The notes beneath the pieces are model-generated. The model was not told where the DNA came from and searched no databases. It was given only the letters and a program-made list of their open reading frames with translations. A program made the position numbers and the translations under genes. Below, one piece after another: positions 63,720 to 64,000 of a stretch of DNA of 64,000 nt. Location: the sequence record NC_024794.1; one strand, given 5' to 3'. The first letter of the stretch is position 1; the number at the start of each line of letters is the position of its first letter. The stretch comes from Escherichia phage vB_EcoM_PhAPEC2.

Positions 63720-63985
63720 TTGATGTCCTCGATTTTGGTTACGGTTCTATTATAAGCCACTTCATCTAGAAGCGATTTCAGCGTTTTCTGATAAGTGGTA
63801 ATCCATTTACCGAGCCCTTCAACATAATATTCTGAAATGTAGATGAACCCTTGTTCAACACACTCTTTAAATATTTCTGCGTCTTTTACTGAACGAAACA
63901 ATGGCCAGTCTCGAAAGAACATGTTAACGTGACCGTAGTCACGTGTGGTATTTTTGCCATCTGTAATATCATGAACTACAAACAT
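63716..63985 (-). CDS. Hypothetical protein (30.1-like position)
   Basis: 89-aa ORF upstream of ligase; ATGA overlap. Confidence 0.5.
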   Translation of the reverse strand: MFVVHDITDGKNTTRDYGHVNMFFRDWPLFRSVKDAEIFKECVEQGFIYISEYYVEGLGKWITTYQKTLKSLLDEVAYNRTVTKIEDIK

Positions 63986-64000
63986 AATTAACCCTTAACA

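Overview
This window is a T4-like (Tevenvirinae) myovirus genome segment, about 80-90% protein identity to T4 where I can recall the T4 sequence; all homology calls are from memory and motif reading, with no database search run. Gene order is collinear with T4. (1) 1-12,100: endolysin e plus a hypervariable, minus-strand early region of about 30 small ORFs, three tRNAs (Arg-TCT, Asn-GTT, CAT) and a tRNA-like structured RNA. (2) 12,145-15,592: genes 57B, 57A, 1, 3, 2, 4 on the minus strand. (3) 15,654-45,880: the complete late morphogenesis block on the plus strand, gp53 through gp24 (baseplate, short tail fibre, fibritin, neck, terminase, sheath, tube, portal, prohead core, protease, major capsid). 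(4) 45,914-53,210: rnlB, hoc, inh, uvsW, uvsW.1, uvsY, gp25, gp26. (5) 53,258-59,509: gp51, 27, 28, 29, 48, 54. (6) 59,543-63,985: alt, DNA ligase gp30 and small ORFs. The most interesting material is in the accessory early region: nine repeated early-promoter/hairpin cassettes resembling the mobile PeSL elements of T4-type phages, four proteins carrying the internal-protein capsid-targeting sequence (candidate injected anti-defence factors), a tandem three-gene family ending in GxWVxSSxxC, five unrelated proteins sharing a C-terminal ExFIxECR tail, and a putative Pol-beta-type nucleotidyltransferase. Cassette-borne early genes are also inserted between gp23/gp24 and gp54/alt. No CRISPR array, integrase, transposase or homing endonuclease was found.
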